From positions 4,448 to 68,447 of the forward strand of contig JBDLIX010000006.1 in the NCBI GenBank assembly GCA_039714655.1: DNA of 64,000 nt, in the 5' to 3' direction. The translations under genes and the position numbers were made by a program. The notes below the pieces were generated by a model that was given only the letters and a program-made list of their open reading frames with translations, had not been told where the DNA came from and did no database searches. Of this stretch, positions 61,049-64,000 are shown one piece after another. Positions within the stretch are counted from its first letter, which is position 1. Every line of letters begins with the position of its first letter. This stretch comes from Bacteroidota bacterium (lineage in GTDB: Bacteria; Bacteroidota; Bacteroidia; Bacteroidales; GCA-2748055).

Positions 61049-62536
61049 CTACCTCACTTTAAATCTCTTTTTATCCTTATGGGTTATCCATTGAAATGCC
61101 CATTTACCGGATTGGGCCGAAGGCGGCAAACCACCTCCTGGAAACAACCACTGTCCTATTAAATAAAAATTATCCAATCCTTTCAATTTCATATTTAGTG
61201 ATTTCCCAATATTTTTACTGGTAGGTTGAAATCCTTCATAGGCACCTTTCCAGACACCCGTATACCCGATCCCGGTTAACGGAGTCGCCACATCCACCAC
61301 TTCAATATGCCCCTTCACACCGGGATAAAGCTGCTCCAGCTTTTCCGATGCATCCTGTGCGATTCTTCCCTTTTCTTCCTGGTACTCCTCTTTTTCCAAT
61401 CCTTCCCATCCTTCAATGGGAGATTCAAACAGCATCTTCATCACGCATTTACCATCTGGTGTAATTTCAGGATCGTGGTTGTAGTTGGAAACCCCATATC
61501 CGCTTTTCAGGGTAGTACTCCCGATTTTCTGACCGGGGGCGATCACCTGGTACGTATGATAGCTGCTGGGAATGGTCCGGTCAATACCAAATGAAACCTG
61601 AACGATGGGTGTAAAAAGGGGCCATTTATCAAAGGCCTTCTTAATCTTTGGTGTCATGTACCGGCCATCCAGCATTTCGTACATGATGGCATGAAGGTCG
61701 CAAGCCCCGATGATGTAATCTGCATACTTTATGGTTCCATCTTCAAGCCGGACACCTACAGCCCTGCCTTCATTGATCATGATCTTCTCTACCCTGGTTT
61801 TTCCGGTAAAGGTTCCGCCGAGGTTCCGGTACCTTTCCGCCATCCGAAGTGTAAATGGCATAGAACCACCTACCGGATAGCCTGCATTTTTTTGTGAAAA
61901 CCATACCAGGATAAAGAGGAAGATGATGGCCGAGAAGTCCTCCATGGCATTAGCGATCTGTAGTAACCGGTCTTTCAAAAAGGGACTCTGAATTCCCAGT
62001 TGGTTGAAATACTCACCGATGGGCTTTCTTCCATACTTCATTATTAATCGAATTGCAGGGCCACTCCTGGCTACAAACCTTGCATAGTCAATTACATTTC
62101 GTTGGAAGGATGGCTTCTCAAACAACTGTATGGTTGACATTTTTCGCATGTCATTACACATCTGTTTGATAGCCTTTTGATCTTCCGGAGCCAGTTCGAT
62201 GAGGTACTTTTCCCACCTGTCAATATCTGAGTAGATAATAAAATCTCCTCCATCGGGCATTCTCATAGTGACGTAGGTATCAGGATCCACTATAACAGTG
62301 TCGTCTGTCAGGGCACCGGTCTCCTTCCATATGTCATGATAGGGCCCATGAGAAGATCCAACCAACCAGTGTATACAATAATCGAAAGTATAACCCTTTC
62401 GTCTCCATGAAGTACACTGTCCTCCTGGCATGGAATGCATTTCGAGGATCTCGGTATCATAGTCATTCAACTCTCCATATATTCCGGCAGAGAGTCCCGC
62501 CACACCGCCTCCAATAATGATTGCTTTTTTTTGCAT
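61049..62536 (-). CDS. FAD-dependent oxidoreductase, phytoene desaturase-like family
   Basis: IIGGGVAGL, PGGQCTSWRRKGYTFD, DVATP and GQWLFPGGGLP. Confidence 0.85.
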   Translation of the reverse strand: MQKKAIIIGGGVAGLSAGIYGELNDYDTEILEMHSMPGGQCTSWRRKGYTFDYCIHWLVGSSHGPYHDIWKETGALTDDTVIVDPDTYVTMRMPDGGDFIIYSDIDRWEKYLIELAPEDQKAIKQMCNDMRKMSTIQLFEKPSFQRNVIDYARFVARSGPAIRLIMKYGRKPIGEYFNQLGIQSPFLKDRLLQIANAMEDFSAIIFLFILVWFSQKNAGYPVGGSMPFTLRMAERYRNLGGTFTGKTRVEKIMINEGRAVGVRLEDGTIKYADYIIGACDLHAIMYEMLDGRYMTPKIKKAFDKWPLFTPIVQVSFGIDRTIPSSYHTYQVIAPGQKIGSTTLKSGYGVSNYNHDPEITPDGKCVMKMLFESPIEGWEGLEKEEYQEEKGRIAQDASEKLEQLYPGVKGHIEVVDVATPLTGIGYTGVWKGAYEGFQPTSKNIGKSLNMKLKGLDNFYLIGQWLFPGGGLPPSAQSGKWAFQWITHKDKKRFKVR

Positions 62537-62699
62537 GATTCTATTCAGATTTCTTGTTAATTTTGATCCAAACTACAAAAGCATCTAATTGCCAACCCCG
62601 GAATCGACAAAATATCGGTGAAATTTCGAGTAGCATGTGAATAAAACCCGGCAAACAATCTTCATTCTGTTTTGTTATTGATTGTGAACCATTCAAATT

Positions 62700-63143
62700 A
62701 TGAAGTACACCACTGAAGTAACCATAAATCTGCCTCGCAATAGAGTGATTGAACTTTTCGACAGCACCAAGAATTTACAACAGTGGCAAGTGGGACTAAA
62801 AAGTTTTGAAACAATTAGCGGAAATCCTGGTCAGGAAGGTACCCGTTCCAAAATGGTTTATGAAGGCAGGAAGGGTGATCTGGAAATGACTGAAACCATT
62901 ACGAAACGAAACTTACCTGATGAGTATCATGGAATTTATAAAGCACGAGGTGTATACAATGAGATCTACAACTACTTTACCGAACCGGAAGAGCGAAGGA
63001 CCCATTGGCGAATTGTAAGTGTTTTCAGGTTTCGCGGACTGATGGCCCTGATGGCCCCTTTTATGAAAACTGCCTTTACCCACAACACACTCCTGAACAT
63101 GGAACGGTTTAAATCCTTTGCAGAAAAAACTAATCAACAATAA
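62700..63143 (+). CDS. SRPBCC (START-like) family protein
   Basis: YTTEVTINLPR..V..LF....NL..W pattern; C-terminal helix MERFKSFAE. Confidence 0.8.
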   Translation: MKYTTEVTINLPRNRVIELFDSTKNLQQWQVGLKSFETISGNPGQEGTRSKMVYEGRKGDLEMTETITKRNLPDEYHGIYKARGVYNEIYNYFTEPEERRTHWRIVSVFRFRGLMALMAPFMKTAFTHNTLLNMERFKSFAEKTNQQ

Positions 63144-63171
63144 TTCCAATCTGAATAAATAGCAACAAATC

Positions 63172-64000
63172 ATGAAGAAATTCTTTTTATTAGTTACAGC
63201 CATCTTTCTCTCTTTTTCAATGAGTGCACAAGATTCCACTGAGGCAGATACCCTCTGGAAGTATAATGGAGTCACTTCACTGAACGTTTCTCAACTTTCA
63301 CTTTCCAATTGGGCTGCAGGAGGTGAGAACAGCCTCTCGGGCAATGCCCTGGTCATGCTCTCTGCAGATTTTGACGACGGCACAATGAATTGGGACAACG
63401 ACCTGATCATGGGATTTGGCCTGATTCGTCAGGGTGATGACCCCACAAGAAAGAGCGATGATAAGCTGGACCTCTCTTCTAAATTTGGATATCGTGCATC
63501 AAAAAATTGGTTTTATAGTGGTTTGTTGAGTTTCAAGACACAATTTGCTGAAGGGTATGACAATCCTGGGGAAGCTGACCGCATTAAAATCTCAAATTGG
63601 TTGGCTCCGGGTTATCTGAATATCTCTGCAGGTATGGATTTTAAACCCAATGATGAGTTTTCCATGCTCATTGCTCCGGTCTCGGGGAAAATGACCTTTG
63701 TTTTGGATGATGATCTCTCTGCAGCAGGAACCTTTGGCCTGGACCCTGGTGAGACCTTCAGGGGGGAGTTTGGGGGTTATGTAAAAGTTGCATTTAAAAA
63801 AGAGATACTAAAAAATGTTTTATTGGATACCAAGCTCGACTTTTTCTCCAATTACCTGGAAAACCCCCAGTATGTTGATGTGAACTGGGACATGCTTCTT
63901 ACTTTTACAATCAATGAGTTCCTTTCTGCCACACTGGTCACTCAACTGATATATGACAGGGACATTGAATTTGGATTTGACAGCACCGGCGATGGTGTTC
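63172..64000 (+). CDS. DUF3078 family outer-membrane protein (truncated by window edge)
   Basis: Manual translation: MKKFFLLVTAIFLSFSMSAQDSTEADTLWKYNGVTSLNVSQLSLSNWAAGGENS...RKSDDKLDLSSKFGY...FKTQFAEGY. Not in the ORF track. Confidence 0.8.
   Translation, partial: MKKFFLLVTAIFLSFSMSAQDSTEADTLWKYNGVTSLNVSQLSLSNWAAGGENSLSGNALVMLSADFDDGTMNWDNDLIMGFGLIRQGDDPTRKSDDKLDLSSKFGYRASKNWFYSGLLSFKTQFAEGYDNPGEADRIKISNWLAPGYLNISAGMDFKPNDEFSMLIAPVSGKMTFVLDDDLSAAGTFGLDPGETFRGEFGGYVKVAFKKEILKNVLLDTKLDFFSNYLENPQYVDVNWDMLLTFTINEFLSATLVTQLIYDRDIEFGFDSTGDGV

Noticed and set aside
61049-62536. Carotenoid biosynthesis gene crtI
   Set aside because: No other crt genes are nearby; only the broad FAD-oxidoreductase family is supported.

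Overview
Gene-dense chromosomal window from a Bacteroidota organism, most likely Bacteroidales. The assignment rests on SusC/SusD, T9SS C-terminal domains, TAnnTTTG promoters and A-rich ribosome-binding regions without Shine-Dalgarno sequences. The housekeeping backbone includes recF (partial), ribH, yidC, pyrG, trmD, addA/addB-like genes, mnmA, a ClC channel, rel, fur and purA. Two accessory blocks stand out. (1) At ~21.6-43.4 kb is a FadR-associated SusCD locus whose recognisable enzymes point to peptidoglycan: a T9SS-secreted Amidase_3, two GHL10/DigH-like hydrolases, a MurK-MurQ fusion, a MurU-like nucleotidyltransferase and large secreted propeller/Ig proteins. It is a candidate peptidoglycan (bacterial necromass) utilisation locus. 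(2) At 43.6-50.4 kb is an intact aprBA-qmoABC operon with Bacteroidota-type expression signals. No sat or dsr lies in the window, and a separate orphan CysH-type APS reductase sits 22 kb away. Smaller items are a 1400-bp YhcG/DUF1016 cassette bounded by two divergent copies of the ribH 3' end, a K+ channel with a 12-residue repeat solenoid, an 18-bp coding VNTR and a perfect 14-bp inverted repeat at the PUL's divergent promoter. No rRNA, tRNA, CRISPR array or transposase was recognised. All calls come from reading motifs by eye; no database search was run.
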